NCBI GenBank assembly: GCA_963754775.1
Contig: CAVWHM010000045.1
Coordinates: 134,494-198,493, forward strand
Length of the DNA stretch: 64,000 nt
DNA from: an uncultured Verrucomicrobiae bacterium
Lineage (GTDB): Bacteria > Verrucomicrobiota > Verrucomicrobiia > Limisphaerales > UBA11358
Direction: 5' to 3'
A model generated the notes under the pieces. That model made no database searches. It was not told the DNA's origin and saw only the letters and a program-made list of their open reading frames with translations. The position numbers and the translations under genes were made by a program. This document shows, piece after piece, positions 10,865-24,511 of the stretch (its first letter is position 1; every line of letters starts with the position of its first letter).

Positions 10865-11803
10865 TCAAACTTCCTTCAACGCGCGATTGATCCGTTCGAT
10901 GGCTTCGTCAATTTCCTGACGGCTTTTGAACCCGATGACCACGGCGTCAATCTCCCGGCAGGCCATGGCAAAGCGGATGGATTTCTCGCGGTCGGCCGGG
11001 TCGGTGAACGTGCCGTTGCCGCAGATTTTCATGCCAATCACGCCGCGGCCCTTCGCGTGCATCGTTTTGATTTCCTTCATCACCGGGGCGATTTCATGGC
11101 GGCGGCTGCCCCAGTAACCGCTGTCGCCATCGGTGTAAGCGCCCTGCGGATTCACGCGGACCAGGTGCACTTCGGTCCAATCCGAGGCGACGGCGGCGCG
11201 CAACGCGGGCAGGCTGTGGCAGGAAACGCCCTTGGCCCGGATCCATTTCCGTTCCCGGGCTTCGTTGAAACCGTCCATGACGCGTTTCCATTCGTCCGTC
11301 CACTGGCCGCGCGTCATGCAATGAATGAGCACGCTGTCAACGTAATCGGTGTTGAACGTTTTGCGGTGCTGGTCAATGACACCCAGCACGTTCTCCGGCT
11401 GGCCGTCCACCTTGGACTGGATGAAAAGTTTTTCCCGCGGCAATCCTTTGATGGCATCGGCAATCAAATCAAATGTCTGGTACGCCTGGGCGGTGTCAAT
11501 GTACGTGATGCCGCGGTCATAGGCGTAATGAATGAGGTTGACGAACTCGTCTTTGCCCCGCGCAGTTTGTATGTAGCCGTTGTCGCTGCCGGTGCCGAAC
11601 CCCAGCCGGCTCAGTTTGATGCCGGTCTTGCCCAGCGTCACTTGATCCGTAGCGGTGCGCACCGGAGCCGGGCTGCTCGCCGCGGATGATTCGGCCAGCG
11701 CCCACGGCGAGAGCAACGCCGTGCCGGCCAGCGCGGTGGAGGTTTGGATGAATTGACGGCGTGTCAGGCCGCGACCGTTTTGCGATGAGCTGATCTTGCG
11801 CAT
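10865..11803 (-). CDS. Aldo/keto reductase with twin-arginine (Tat) signal
   Basis: 312 aa. N-terminus RRQFIQTSTALAGTALLSPWALA. AKR-like core (GITYIDTAQAY...). Confidence 0.85.
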   Translation of the reverse strand: MRKISSSQNGRGLTRRQFIQTSTALAGTALLSPWALAESSAASSPAPVRTATDQVTLGKTGIKLSRLGFGTGSDNGYIQTARGKDEFVNLIHYAYDRGITYIDTAQAYQTFDLIADAIKGLPREKLFIQSKVDGQPENVLGVIDQHRKTFNTDYVDSVLIHCMTRGQWTDEWKRVMDGFNEARERKWIRAKGVSCHSLPALRAAVASDWTEVHLVRVNPQGAYTDGDSGYWGSRRHEIAPVMKEIKTMHAKGRGVIGMKICGNGTFTDPADREKSIRFAMACREIDAVVIGFKSRQEIDEAIERINRALKEV

Positions 11804-11919
11804 GGATTACAACTAACACGGGCGGAGGAAACTGCAACTGTGATTTGGTGCGCGCCGGCAAAAAGGCCGTGCCGGCAAAAAGGCAAACTTGTTCCTCTCC
11901 GTTATCAATGCGGGTCGGG

Positions 11920-11967
11920 CATCCTGCCTGACTCGATTGGTTGGACCTGTGCTGAAAGCCTGTCCTG
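11920..11967. repeat. REP-like CCTGCCTGACTC element (copy 3)
   Basis: catcctgcctgactcgattggttggacctgtgctgaaagcctgtcc, immediately downstream of ahcY. Confidence 0.5.
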
Positions 11968-11969
11968 AG

Positions 11970-13436
11970 CTAATACCGATAGTGCTCCGGCTTGTAGGGA
12001 CCGTCGATCGGCACGCCCAGGTAATCAGCTTGTTTCCTGGTGAGCTTCGTAAGTTTGACGCCGATTTTATCCAAGTGTAACCGGGCGACTTCTTCGTCCA
12101 GTTTCTTGGGCAAACGATAGACGCCCACCTTGTAGATGTCCTTGTTCTTCCACAAATCCAGTTGCGCGAGCACCTGGTTCGTGAATGAGTTCGACATGAC
12201 GAAGCTCGGATGGCCTTCGGCGCAGCCGAGGTTCACCAGCCGGCCTTCGGCGAGCAAATAAATGCTGCGACCGCCGGGCAGGTCGTAGCGGTCCACCTGC
12301 GGTTTGATATTCAGCTTGCTGACGCCCTTTGCGTTGTTCAGGCGGTCCACCTGGATTTCGTTGTCGAAGTGGCCGATGTTGCAAACGATGGCCTGATCCC
12401 TCATCTTGAGGATGTGCTCGAGCGTGATGACGTCGCAATTGCCGGTGGTGGTGACGTAGATGTCCGCTTCGCAGAGCGCGTCTTCGATGGCCGTCACCTT
12501 GAACCCTTCCATCGCGGCCTGCAACGCGTTGATGGGGTCTATTTCGGTGACGATGACGCGCGCGCCAAATCCGCGCAGCGAATGCGCGCAGCCCTTGCCG
12601 ACGTCGCCGTAGCCGCAAACGAGGGCGGTCTTGCCGGCAATCATCACGCCAAGCGCGCGCTTGAGGCCGTCCGCGAGTGATTCGCGGCAGCCGTAGAGAT
12701 TGTCGAACTTCGATTTGGTGACGGAGTCGTTGACGTTGATGGCCGGCACGAGCAGTTTTTTGGCCTCGAGCATCTGGTAGAGCCGATGCACGCCGGTCGT
12801 CGTTTCTTCGCTGACACCTTTCCAGTCTTTGACGGCCCGCGTGAACCAGCCGGGACGTTCCTTCGCGCACTTCTTCAAAAGATTTTTGACGACGGAAACT
12901 TCGTGGCTGTCACCGGGTGTGTTGACCCAATTGTCGCCCTGTTCCATTTCATAACCTTTGTGGAGGAGCAGTGTGGCGTCGCCACCGTCGTCCACGACCA
13001 GTTGCGGGCCCTGGTTGCCCGGATGCGTGAGCATGTCGAGCGTGAACTGCCAGTATTCCTCCAGCGATTCGCCCTTGAACGCGAACACCGGCACGCCGGT
13101 TTTCGCAATCGCAGCGGCGGCCTGGTCCTGCGTTGAAAAAATGTTGCAACTCGCCCAGCGCACGGACGCGCCGAGTTCGGCCAGCGTCTCGATGAGCACG
13201 GCGGTCTCGATGGTCATGTGCAACGAACCGGAAATGCGCACGCCCCGAAACGGCTTTTGCGGGCCGTATTTGGCGCGGATGGACATAAGCCCGGGCATTT
13301 CCTGCTCGGCCACGTCAATCTCGCGGCGGCCGAGGTCGGCGAGCGAAATGTCGCGGACGTAGTAATCGTGTTTCGCGCCGTTGCCATTGGCCCTGGCAAT
13401 TTTCGCGCGTGAAGGGGGAAGTTTGACTGCGGGCAT
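11970..13436 (-). CDS. ahcY: Adenosylhomocysteinase
   Basis: 488 aa. [23 protein letters not shown], the NAD-binding GYGDVGKG motif, and C-terminal [10 protein letters not shown]. Confidence 0.95.
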   Translation of the reverse strand: MPAVKLPPSRAKIARANGNGAKHDYYVRDISLADLGRREIDVAEQEMPGLMSIRAKYGPQKPFRGVRISGSLHMTIETAVLIETLAELGASVRWASCNIFSTQDQAAAAIAKTGVPVFAFKGESLEEYWQFTLDMLTHPGNQGPQLVVDDGGDATLLLHKGYEMEQGDNWVNTPGDSHEVSVVKNLLKKCAKERPGWFTRAVKDWKGVSEETTTGVHRLYQMLEAKKLLVPAINVNDSVTKSKFDNLYGCRESLADGLKRALGVMIAGKTALVCGYGDVGKGCAHSLRGFGARVIVTEIDPINALQAAMEGFKVTAIEDALCEADIYVTTTGNCDVITLEHILKMRDQAIVCNIGHFDNEIQVDRLNNAKGVSKLNIKPQVDRYDLPGGRSIYLLAEGRLVNLGCAEGHPSFVMSNSFTNQVLAQLDLWKNKDIYKVGVYRLPKKLDEEVARLHLDKIGVKLTKLTRKQADYLGVPIDGPYKPEHYRY

Positions 13437-13440
13437 ATTC

Positions 13441-13470
13441 GGTTGAGAGTTAAAAGTTGAGGGTTGAGTG
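13441..13470. repeat. 7-nt-periodic tandem repeat (GTTGAGR-like units)
   Basis: ggttgagagttaaaagttgagggttgagtg fills the metK-ahcY spacer. Confidence 0.5.
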
Positions 13471-14649
13471 TCAGTTCAATTTCAAAGCGCGCTTGAGGTC
13501 CTTGACCTTGTCGGCCTTTTCCCAGGTGATGTCCGGGTCGCTCTTGCCGAAGTGACCGTAGTTGGTGGTCTTGGCATAAATCGGGCGGAGCAGGTTGAGC
13601 TGCCGGATGATGTGCGCGGGCTTGAAACTGAAAACTTCGCGGACGGCGCGTTCGATTTCCTCGTCGGCCACGATGCCCGTGCCAAACGTGTTCACACAAA
13701 CCGAGACCGGATCGGGATACCCGATGGCGTAGGCGAATTGAATTTCCGCGCTGGTCGCCAGTCCCGCGGCCACAATGTTCTTCGCCACATACCGGCCCAT
13801 GTAGGCCGCGCTGCGGTCCACCTTCGACGGGTCTTTTCCGCTGAAAGCGCCGCCGCCGTGCCGGCCCATGCCGCCGTAGCTGTCCACGATAATCTTGCGT
13901 CCGGTCAGTCCCGTGTCGCCCTGCGGTCCGCCGACTACGAAACGGCCGGTTGGGTTGATGAGGAACAACGTCTTCCGGTCGAGCATGTGCTTGGGTAAAA
14001 CCTTCTTGATGACCTCTTCGATGCAGAACTCCTCGATGGTCTTGTGCTTCACGTCGTGTGCGTGCTGGGTAGAGATGACAACGTTGGTGATGCGCACCGG
14101 CTGGTCGTTGACGTATTGGACCGAGACCTGACTCTTGGCGTCGGGACGGAGCCATGCCACCTTGCCGCTCTTACGGATCCTGGTCAGCGCGCGTCCGAGC
14201 TTGTGCGCATACATGATCGGCGCGGGCATGAGTTCGGGCGTTTCGCTCGTGGCGTAGCCGAACATCAATCCCTGGTCGCCCGCGCCTTGTTCGGCCTTCT
14301 TCTTGCCTTCGGCCTTGACCGCGTCCACGCCCTGCTTGATGTCCGGCGACTGCGAGGTGATGGCGTTCATGATGAGCACCTTGTCGGCGTGGAAAACGTC
14401 GTCATCGTGGGTGTAACCGATGTCGCGGATGGCCTGACGCGCGATGGCGTTGAAATCGAGTTTGGCCTTGGTCGTGATTTCGCCGCCGACCACCACGAGA
14501 TTGCACTTGGCGTAGGTCTCGCAGGCGACGCGGCTGTATTTGTCCTGCGCCAGGCAGGCGTCCAGCACGTAATCCGAAATGGTGTCGCAAACCTTGTCCG
14601 GATGGCCTTCGCCGACGGACTCCGACGAAAAAATAAAGTTTTTACTCAT
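13471..14649 (-). CDS. metK: S-adenosylmethionine synthase
   Basis: 392 aa. [47 protein letters not shown]. Confidence 0.95.
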   Translation of the reverse strand: MSKNFIFSSESVGEGHPDKVCDTISDYVLDACLAQDKYSRVACETYAKCNLVVVGGEITTKAKLDFNAIARQAIRDIGYTHDDDVFHADKVLIMNAITSQSPDIKQGVDAVKAEGKKKAEQGAGDQGLMFGYATSETPELMPAPIMYAHKLGRALTRIRKSGKVAWLRPDAKSQVSVQYVNDQPVRITNVVISTQHAHDVKHKTIEEFCIEEVIKKVLPKHMLDRKTLFLINPTGRFVVGGPQGDTGLTGRKIIVDSYGGMGRHGGGAFSGKDPSKVDRSAAYMGRYVAKNIVAAGLATSAEIQFAYAIGYPDPVSVCVNTFGTGIVADEEIERAVREVFSFKPAHIIRQLNLLRPIYAKTTNYGHFGKSDPDITWEKADKVKDLKRALKLN

Positions 14650-14686
14650 TTAATTTTGAGGCGTTGTTTTGGTCGCCAATTACATA

Positions 14687-14732
14687 TTGACGTATCAAGA
14701 TAAGATGATATATCAGGAATGACGCGCGTCAA
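14687..14732. promoter_or_regulatory. Divergent metK/sahR control region with nested inverted repeats (candidate operator)
   Basis: TTGACG (14687-14692) and CGTCAA (14727-14732) flank a perfect 10-bp palindrome TGATATATCA (14706-14715). TATCA (14693-14697) pairs with TGATA (14706-14710). TTGACG-16 nt-TATATC gives a plausible promoter towards sahR. Confidence 0.35.
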
Positions 14733-14767
14733 ACGGTTTTTTGAGAATCTTTGGCGCACGAGAAATC

Positions 14768-15700
14768 ATGTCCTCGACCCTGAAATCATTGCGGGCCTTG
14801 TCCGACCCTACGCGGCTGCGCATCGTGGCACTGCTGGAACGGGACGAACTCTCCGTGAACGAGCTGCAGGAAATCACGCGGCTCGGACAGTCGCGCATTT
14901 CCACGCATCTTGGCCTGTTGCAGGATTCGGAACTGGTGCAATCGCGGCGTGAGGGCAAGCGGACGTTTTACAAGCTGGACCCGGATGCGGACGGCGCGGC
15001 GCGCGAATTCATCCAACTGGCCATCCGCGGCGCGAAGGAGCTGCCCGAGCACGCGGGCGACCAGATCAATTTGAAGCGCGTGTTGAACCGCCGCCGCGAG
15101 CAGGCGCAGGTCTATTTCAACCAGGTTGCCGGGCGATTCGACCGTGTTTATGGCCCGGGGCGTTCGTGGCAGGCGTTCGGGCATTTGCTGCTGCGCATAC
15201 TGCCGCCGCTCGTCGTGGCCGACCTCGGCGCCGGCGAAGGCCTGTTGAGCGAACTGCTCGCACGCCGCTGCAAAAGGGTCATCGCCGTGGACAACTCGGG
15301 AAAAATCGTCACGTTCGGCGCGGCGAAGGCAAAAAAAAACGGGTTGAAGAATCTGGAGTTCCGCCTCGGCGATTTGCAGAACCCGCCCATTGAAGCGAAC
15401 AGCGTTGACCTGGTGATTTTAAGCCAGGCATTGCATCACGCTGAGGTTCCCGCAAAGGCGATTGCCGCCGCTGGCAAAATCCTTCGTTCGCACGGGCAAA
15501 TCATGATCCTTGATTTGCTCCGGCACAATTTCGAGAAGGCGCATGAACTTTACGGCGACCGCTGGCCGGGTTTTGCTGAAAGTGATCTACAGCGCTGGCT
15601 GGAGGAGGCGGGCTTCAAAAAAATCGAAATCAGCGTGGTCGCCCGCGAGGAACAGCCGCCGCATTTCCAGACGATTTTGGCGGGCGGGGAAAAGGCGTAG
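14768..15700 (+). CDS. sahR: ArsR-family HTH fused to SAM-dependent methyltransferase domain (SahR-type regulator)
   Basis: ArsR wHTH LSDPTRLRIVALLERDELSVNELQEITRLGQSRISTHLGLL, followed by the class I MTase motif VADLGAGEGLLSELLA. Divergent from metK-ahcY. ATG at 14768 is preferred over TTG at 14741. Confidence 0.65.
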   Translation: MSSTLKSLRALSDPTRLRIVALLERDELSVNELQEITRLGQSRISTHLGLLQDSELVQSRREGKRTFYKLDPDADGAAREFIQLAIRGAKELPEHAGDQINLKRVLNRRREQAQVYFNQVAGRFDRVYGPGRSWQAFGHLLLRILPPLVVADLGAGEGLLSELLARRCKRVIAVDNSGKIVTFGAAKAKKNGLKNLEFRLGDLQNPPIEANSVDLVILSQALHHAEVPAKAIAAAGKILRSHGQIMILDLLRHNFEKAHELYGDRWPGFAESDLQRWLEEAGFKKIEISVVAREEQPPHFQTILAGGEKA

Positions 15701-15743
15701 CGGCGCGTCGGCAGACCGCCGCAAACTTCCATTTTTTAAGATG

Positions 15744-15764
15744 GCGGCTTTCTTCCGAAAGCCG

Positions 15765-15765
<1 letters not shown>
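15744..15765. terminator. Hairpin abutting the leuS stop codon
   Basis: gcggctttc-ttcc-gaaagccgc: perfect 9-bp stem. There is no clear U-tract, so terminator function is uncertain. Confidence 0.3.
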
Positions 15766-19163
<3,398 letters not shown>

Positions 19164-19317
19164 AGAGGCGGGATTTTGGGGAAACCGGCGTGGCGGGGCA
19201 ATGTTGGAATTCCGGGGACGCAAGGCCCCCAAACTTCTCCGGCATTGACATGGATGAAAAGTTGTCGTAATTATGGCGATTAGACATCTTTGATGATGGA
19301 TTGAGTGAGTTTGGACC

Positions 19318-20220
19318 ATGACCGTTTCGCGCGTTTCACGGATTCCGCTGTTTGCCACCGAAGCCGGAAGGCGGGGCTTTACCCTGATTGAACTGCTGGT
19401 GGTGATTGCCATCATCGCGGTGCTGGCGGCGCTTTTGCTCCCGGCGCTCTCGCGGGCGCGCATGCAGGCGCAAGGCATACAATGTCTGGACAACACCCGG
19501 CAACTTCTCCTGGCCTGGGAACTCTATGCCCATGACCACGACGACCAGTTGCCTTACAATCTCGGCATGACTGAGGGGGGACCACGAACGCCGCTCAACT
19601 GGGTCAACAACGTCATGACCTGGGATTTAAGTCCGGACAACACCAATCCGGCCACCATCACCGACGCCAGCCTCGGTCCTTACAGCAGCGCAACAACAAT
19701 TTACCGCTGCCCGTCCGACAATGTGTTGAGCACGATGCAAAGTGCCGCCGGTTGGGACGGGCGCATCCGCAGTTATTCGATGAACGCGATGGTCGGTGAC
19801 GCGGGCGATTTTTCCACCAACGGTTTCAATATCAACAATCCCGATTACACTCAGTTTTTCAAAATCACACAAATCCCCCAACCGGTCGAAATTTTTGTGT
19901 TTCTGGACGAACATCCGAATACCATTGATGATGGATATTATCTCAACAAATCCACCGAATACGCGAGCAGCAGCACCAGCAGCACCTATGGCGGCCCGGT
20001 TTACAACAATGCCGAATGGCTGGATTTGCCGGCCACCTATCACAATCAGGCAACGGCATTTTCGTTTGCCGATGGACATAGTGCGCTGCATCGTTGGCTG
20101 GTTCCCAGCACCATCTACCCGGTCCGGCCGGATGTCCCCTACATTCCTGTCGACATTCCCGCCAATCAGCGCGCGGATTTCAACTGGATACTCGAACACA
20201 TGAGTGTGGACCAGAATTGA
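19318..20220 (+). CDS. Prepilin-type N-terminal cleavage/methylation domain protein, HX9DG family
   Basis: [28 protein letters not shown], plus the C-terminal motif [12 protein letters not shown] (H-X9-DG). Confidence 0.85.
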   Translation: MTVSRVSRIPLFATEAGRRGFTLIELLVVIAIIAVLAALLLPALSRARMQAQGIQCLDNTRQLLLAWELYAHDHDDQLPYNLGMTEGGPRTPLNWVNNVMTWDLSPDNTNPATITDASLGPYSSATTIYRCPSDNVLSTMQSAAGWDGRIRSYSMNAMVGDAGDFSTNGFNINNPDYTQFFKITQIPQPVEIFVFLDEHPNTIDDGYYLNKSTEYASSSTSSTYGGPVYNNAEWLDLPATYHNQATAFSFADGHSALHRWLVPSTIYPVRPDVPYIPVDIPANQRADFNWILEHMSVDQN

Positions 20221-20233
20221 TGGCCGGTCAGGC

Positions 20234-20989
20234 TTACAGATAACGCCTCAGGGCTTGTTCATCTCCGGTCGTTCCCAGCATGTAGAGTTTGTCGCCTTCT
20301 GTCCAGGTCACCAACTGGAGCCGGCTGACCTGAACGAATTGGCGCGACCCGGCCGGTGGCGCGTCCTTCACCCGGGAGCGGTCAATGACGAAAAGCCAGA
20401 GATCGCTTTGTTCCCCCGGCGGCAATGGTTTGCCGGTGCGGAAACAAACCATCGAAACCTTTGTCCCCCGCCAGTCTTCAATCGCGCAGCCAGCCACAGC
20501 GGCTTTTCCCAACGGTGCCGGCAGAACGAAATCCGCCGGCGCGCGGTTCTGGGCAAGGTAGGCGTGGACGGATGCCGGATTGTCTGTTGTCAAATCCATG
20601 CCGTAGCCGCGCAGCGCGATGCTCGCCATCCCGTTCCGGTAAGTGGTGAACGCCTCGTAATTCGGCCGGGGCGGCAACCAGAGCGGCGCCAGGGCAATCA
20701 GGGCGACGATGACCGCCGCCACCGCAAAAACCGCGTTCCGCCGCCAGTGGATGATTTTCTCCTGCGCCGCCTGTTCGGAAATGATTTGTTCCTTCAACCC
20801 GGCGGGCGCGGTGATTTGCCGGAATTTCGCGCGCAACGCTTCCTGCCGCGCGCAATGCTCCTTCAGCCACCCGGCCAGTTCCGGATCGCGCTGCGCCAGC
20901 GCCAGCGCTTCGGCGATTTGTGGATCGTCGGCGTCCGCCGTGCCAGGCCGGTAGAGCAATAAAGCGGTTTTGGCTTCGTCGCGGTTCAC
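20234..20989 (-). CDS. Membrane-spanning anti-sigma factor (putative)
   Basis: 251 aa. GTG start overlaps the sigma gene stop. Cytoplasmic N-terminus, one TM (AVFAVAAVIVALIALAPLW), periplasmic C-domain. Confidence 0.55.
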   Translation of the reverse strand: MNRDEAKTALLLYRPGTADADDPQIAEALALAQRDPELAGWLKEHCARQEALRAKFRQITAPAGLKEQIISEQAAQEKIIHWRRNAVFAVAAVIVALIALAPLWLPPRPNYEAFTTYRNGMASIALRGYGMDLTTDNPASVHAYLAQNRAPADFVLPAPLGKAAVAGCAIEDWRGTKVSMVCFRTGKPLPPGEQSDLWLFVIDRSRVKDAPPAGSRQFVQVSRLQLVTWTEGDKLYMLGTTGDEQALRRYL

Positions 20990-21510
20990 GATTCAGGGGG
21001 CTGAGGTTGCGCGCCGACGGTGTTGCCGGTCAACAGTTCGTGCAATCGTCCGAGGCCGCGGGCGAGCCGCGATTTGACGGTGCCGAGGGGCACGTCAAGG
21101 ATTTCGGCGATTTCATTGTAGGAACAATCCTGGAGGTAAAACAGCGCCACGGGCGCCTGATAAATTTTGTCCAACCTTGCCAGCGCCTCATGCACTTGTC
21201 CGGCATCGAGGCGGTTGGCCGAAACCGGGGACACGACGGGAAGCTCCGCCGCGGCGTGCTCCAATTCAACGTGCGGGAAGCGCGTTTGCCTTCGGCGCGC
21301 ACCGAGAAATTCGCGGTGAAGCGTGGTAAACAACCAGGTTTTCACTTTGGAAGTGTCCCGCAATTGGTGGCCTTTGGCCGCCCAAATGCAAAAGGTCTGT
21401 TGTGTGAGGTCACAGGCGTCAGCTTCGTTCCGCGCGAGACTGAAGGCAAACTGGTACAGCGGCTCGTAATAACAAGTCACCAGCGTCTCAAACTCCACGG
21501 CCTCAGCCAT
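20986..21510 (-). CDS. ECF-type RNA polymerase sigma-70 factor
   Basis: 174 aa. Region 2 (YEPLYQFAFSLARNEADACDLTQQTF) and region 4 HTH (SYNEIAEILDVPLGTVKSRLARG). Confidence 0.85.
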   Translation of the reverse strand: MAEAVEFETLVTCYYEPLYQFAFSLARNEADACDLTQQTFCIWAAKGHQLRDTSKVKTWLFTTLHREFLGARRRQTRFPHVELEHAAAELPVVSPVSANRLDAGQVHEALARLDKIYQAPVALFYLQDCSYNEIAEILDVPLGTVKSRLARGLGRLHELLTGNTVGAQPQPPES

Positions 21511-21756
21511 ATCGCCACATTGAAGTTAAGAGCCCGCAGAACGTCAATTGTTCCCTTGAAATTTGTGGGAACATACTCCGTTGTCATCCATCTCATCAAC
21601 AAATGTCCATCACGTTTTCGCCGAAAATCGTTTTTTGCCGACGCCATGATGGCCGCGGCCGAATCCACGATTCGCCGCCAGCGGACTCCGGGGGCCGGTC
21701 GAAACAGTCATTTATGGCCAGAAAACATGCGAGCACGGTAAATCTTCAGCAGCGCA

Positions 21757-22125
21757 TTGTCATTCGGTTTGTGGCTGCTGATTTTGTCCCGTGTGAAATC
21801 CGCCGGATCCCTTCCCCTGCCGGGCGGGAAAACGGTGAAAGCGCGGGTGTTCCTGGCAAGAAGCCTGGTAAAGGAACTCAATCCGGATGGCAATACAGTC
21901 GTTATCACCCGCAAAACCAATTCCCATTACCTGGCCGCCGCGACCATGCTGTTCGAGGTGAAGGATTTCAAAGACTTGGGCGGTTTGCCTCGGGGCGATG
22001 AAATTGCCTTTCGGCCCTGCGCGGCCAACACGGGAAGACGGAGGTATCCAATCACCGCAATCGGAGAAACCGGGGTTCAATCCGCCCGATTTCCGACGGG
22101 TTGCCCTTTCGCCGCGATTTTTTGA
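21757..22125 (+). CDS. Small CusF-like periplasmic beta-barrel protein lacking the usual His/Met ligands (tentative)
   Basis: VKELNPDGNTVVITRKTNSHYLAAATMLFEVKDFKDLGGLPRGDEIAF follows the pattern VKEL-PDG-T-VI-H--IP-YM-AMTM-FEVKD...GD-I-F, but with R for H and L/A for M. Weak signal peptide. Confidence 0.3.
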   Translation: MSFGLWLLILSRVKSAGSLPLPGGKTVKARVFLARSLVKELNPDGNTVVITRKTNSHYLAAATMLFEVKDFKDLGGLPRGDEIAFRPCAANTGRRRYPITAIGETGVQSARFPTGCPFAAIF

Positions 22126-22138
22126 AAGGACCAAGCGA

Positions 22139-24511
22139 TCACCGAAACCGGAAGGTCAGCACGCCGAAAACAGAGTTGGCGCGATAATTGTTCGCTCCGC
22201 CACTGCTCGGCTCGTCATAATAATCGAACCGGTATTGCAGTTTGGCTGAGATGTTCTTGCCAAAGCGGCGGGTCAACCCGACTTGGGCGCTGTGCTGTTG
22301 ATATTGAATGCCCAACGGCAAGCCGGCGGCAAAATTATTCTGGCCATAATTCGCTTCAGAGAAAGAGTAACCGGCGAACAAGTCGGTGGTCTGGCTGAGA
22401 ACATAGGCGCCATCAGCAAGAACCGTGTAAGTATCGCCACGGTAAGGCACGACGGCCGGTGAGCCGTCAGCCGCCGTCTCCAGCGTGGAGACCGCGTAGG
22501 AAAAAGTGGCGGAAAGATAAAGCCGCGGAGTGGGCGTCAGCGTCGTGTTGATGGAAAAAATATGGGAATGATCTTCGCCGGCCATCAGTTGGCCGCCCGG
22601 GGAAATGACGTTGCCGAAAGTGACATACGGACTGGTGTTCAGGCCATAATCGTCGGCGTGGTATTGATAAGACAGGGTGGTTTTGAAACGGGTGGACGGA
22701 TGTAAAACGAGTTTTGCCTCAACTTCGTCAGTGATGAGTTCGCGCGAACGGATGAACGTGGGATAGGCGGTCGGGCTGGGTTGAACCAACGGGTCGCTGT
22801 CATACTGGCTGTCGTCCTCGTAACGGCGATAATGGGCGCTGAAGGACGCACTGCGCCAGGGCGAGGTATCGAAACCGAACCGGAGATCGCTCGACTGGCT
22901 GGAAAAGGCCGTGTGCTGGAGGATAACCGCCTTGTTGAGAATGTCCTCCGCGGCAGAAAACTGATCGTATTGCCCGATGTTTTGCTGCTCAAACCGGCCT
23001 TCGGCAAACAGCGCGGTAAAGGGAATTCCCGAATAGCGCAAAGCCAGGTTTTCCTGAAGCGAAGTTGTGTCGTAGTCCGAACTCACATTGAACGGAATGA
23101 GCGTGAACGGTGGCGGCGGAGTTTCCTCTTCCACGATTCCGCTGCCAAAACCGCTTTGCCGGGTCCACTCCGCCTGCACCCCGGTGGAAATCACCAGGCC
23201 GTCGAACGGGCCGATGAGGCCATTGACGTTGCCCACGTGTGATTCCTTTTCCAGTGTGATTTGCGGAATGTTCACCTGTTGCAACAGCGTCGGTTCGGCC
23301 ATCGCAAAAGACGAGTCTGCATTCAGTTTGCTGTAAAGATAGCCGGCCGAACCAAAGAACCAATCGCTGAACTTTTTTTCCAGCCGGATGGTGTTGGCAC
23401 CCTGGAAATAAGTGGTGCCTTCGCTCACACTTTGCGGCATCGGACCGGAAGCGACATTGGTTTCGGCGGTGTTCAGCCTGTAAAACTCGCCGCGAAACCG
23501 TTCTTCAATCGAGACGCCCTGGATTTCATCGTCCAAATCGAATTTGATGATGTGGACGCCCTCGTTAATGCTCCTGCTGGCCGGGGCAATGTTGCGCGCG
23601 ACGGCAGGAGGAGTCCCCACCGCGCCCCATTCCGTGGTGGCTTCGTTTCCCAGCTTGTAATCATATTCGTAGCCCAACACCAGGCGCGGCCAATCCGGCA
23701 AAGTGAGTCCGAAATCAACCCAGGCCTTGCCGATGTCCAGATGCAAATCTTCGTCCAGGCTCGGTGCCGGCTGAACCAAAGCTGGATAATAACCGCCGGT
23801 ATCATCGAAATATTTCCGGTACTGCTCCCAGCCCGAATGAACGAATCCAACATCATTCCGATCCACTGACAGTCCGATTTTATAATCGTCCAGCAACGCA
23901 TGGCCGTTGAGCAGAAGCCTGGTATCGGGGCTGGTTTGTTCGAACAATTCAAATTGTTCCACCCCGCCGTTCAACCCTTCCTTCTGCCAGTATTGTTCGC
24001 GAAATTTCCGGCTGTTACCGCTGACCGCCGTTCCGCCGAGAACTGGCGAAAAGGAAAAATCAAAGTTGTTGGTCAGCGTGGCCTTGTCCCAAACCGCCCC
24101 CTGGTCAATCCAGGCGCGCAACAACGATACCTGCTCCAGCGTAAGCTGTTGGCCCTTTCCAATCGGCGGCATTTCCGTGTCTTCCACCAGATAGGAAACA
24201 TAATGAACAAGCGGACTTTGGGCGCTGTTGCCGGGCAGAATGTCCACGCCTTGTTCACCACCTTTAAGGGCGGCCTGCCGGTTGTCCAGGCGGAATCCGT
24301 TCTTTGGTTTCTCCGGGCCATGGCACCGGAGACAGCTGTTTTCCAGAATGGGCCGGATGTCGCGGGCGAAATCAATCTGTACCGCGGCGGCCGGTGGCAG
24401 TTTGGAAATATCCACTTCGGCGGCAGAAACGCATCGGCAGCCGGCGAACGACGTCAGCAGGCACAGACTGATGTGCCCGAGCGTTGCCGTGTTGTTCGGT
24501 TTCCCATTCAA
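22139..24511 (-). CDS. Outer-membrane beta-barrel-like protein with N-terminal Planctomycete-type cytochrome c (PSCyt1) domain
   Basis: A TTG start at 24511 overlaps the upstream TGA; the in-frame upstream part of the ORF lies inside the cytochrome gene. Signal peptide LGHISLCLLTSFAGCRCVSA. DIRPILENSCLRCHGPEKPKNGFRLD carries one CXXCH. About 640 aa of beta-strand-like sequence follows, ending FGVLTFRFR. Confidence 0.6.
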   Translation of the reverse strand: MNGKPNNTATLGHISLCLLTSFAGCRCVSAAEVDISKLPPAAAVQIDFARDIRPILENSCLRCHGPEKPKNGFRLDNRQAALKGGEQGVDILPGNSAQSPLVHYVSYLVEDTEMPPIGKGQQLTLEQVSLLRAWIDQGAVWDKATLTNNFDFSFSPVLGGTAVSGNSRKFREQYWQKEGLNGGVEQFELFEQTSPDTRLLLNGHALLDDYKIGLSVDRNDVGFVHSGWEQYRKYFDDTGGYYPALVQPAPSLDEDLHLDIGKAWVDFGLTLPDWPRLVLGYEYDYKLGNEATTEWGAVGTPPAVARNIAPASRSINEGVHIIKFDLDDEIQGVSIEERFRGEFYRLNTAETNVASGPMPQSVSEGTTYFQGANTIRLEKKFSDWFFGSAGYLYSKLNADSSFAMAEPTLLQQVNIPQITLEKESHVGNVNGLIGPFDGLVISTGVQAEWTRQSGFGSGIVEEETPPPPFTLIPFNVSSDYDTTSLQENLALRYSGIPFTALFAEGRFEQQNIGQYDQFSAAEDILNKAVILQHTAFSSQSSDLRFGFDTSPWRSASFSAHYRRYEDDSQYDSDPLVQPSPTAYPTFIRSRELITDEVEAKLVLHPSTRFKTTLSYQYHADDYGLNTSPYVTFGNVISPGGQLMAGEDHSHIFSINTTLTPTPRLYLSATFSYAVSTLETAADGSPAVVPYRGDTYTVLADGAYVLSQTTDLFAGYSFSEANYGQNNFAAGLPLGIQYQQHSAQVGLTRRFGKNISAKLQYRFDYYDEPSSGGANNYRANSVFGVLTFRFR

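Noticed and set aside
14650-14740. SAM riboswitch in the metK leader
   Set aside because: The leader is only about 90 nt, AT-rich and shared with a divergent gene. I could not find the conserved SAM-I, SAM-II or SAM/SAH helices or pseudoknot by eye. Protein (SahR-type) control is the better fit.
19164-19496. N-terminal 111-codon extension of the leuS ORF
   Set aside because: The extension has no LeuRS similarity and overlaps the divergent prepilin-like gene start. The conserved N-terminus begins at [18 protein letters not shown] (ATG 19163).
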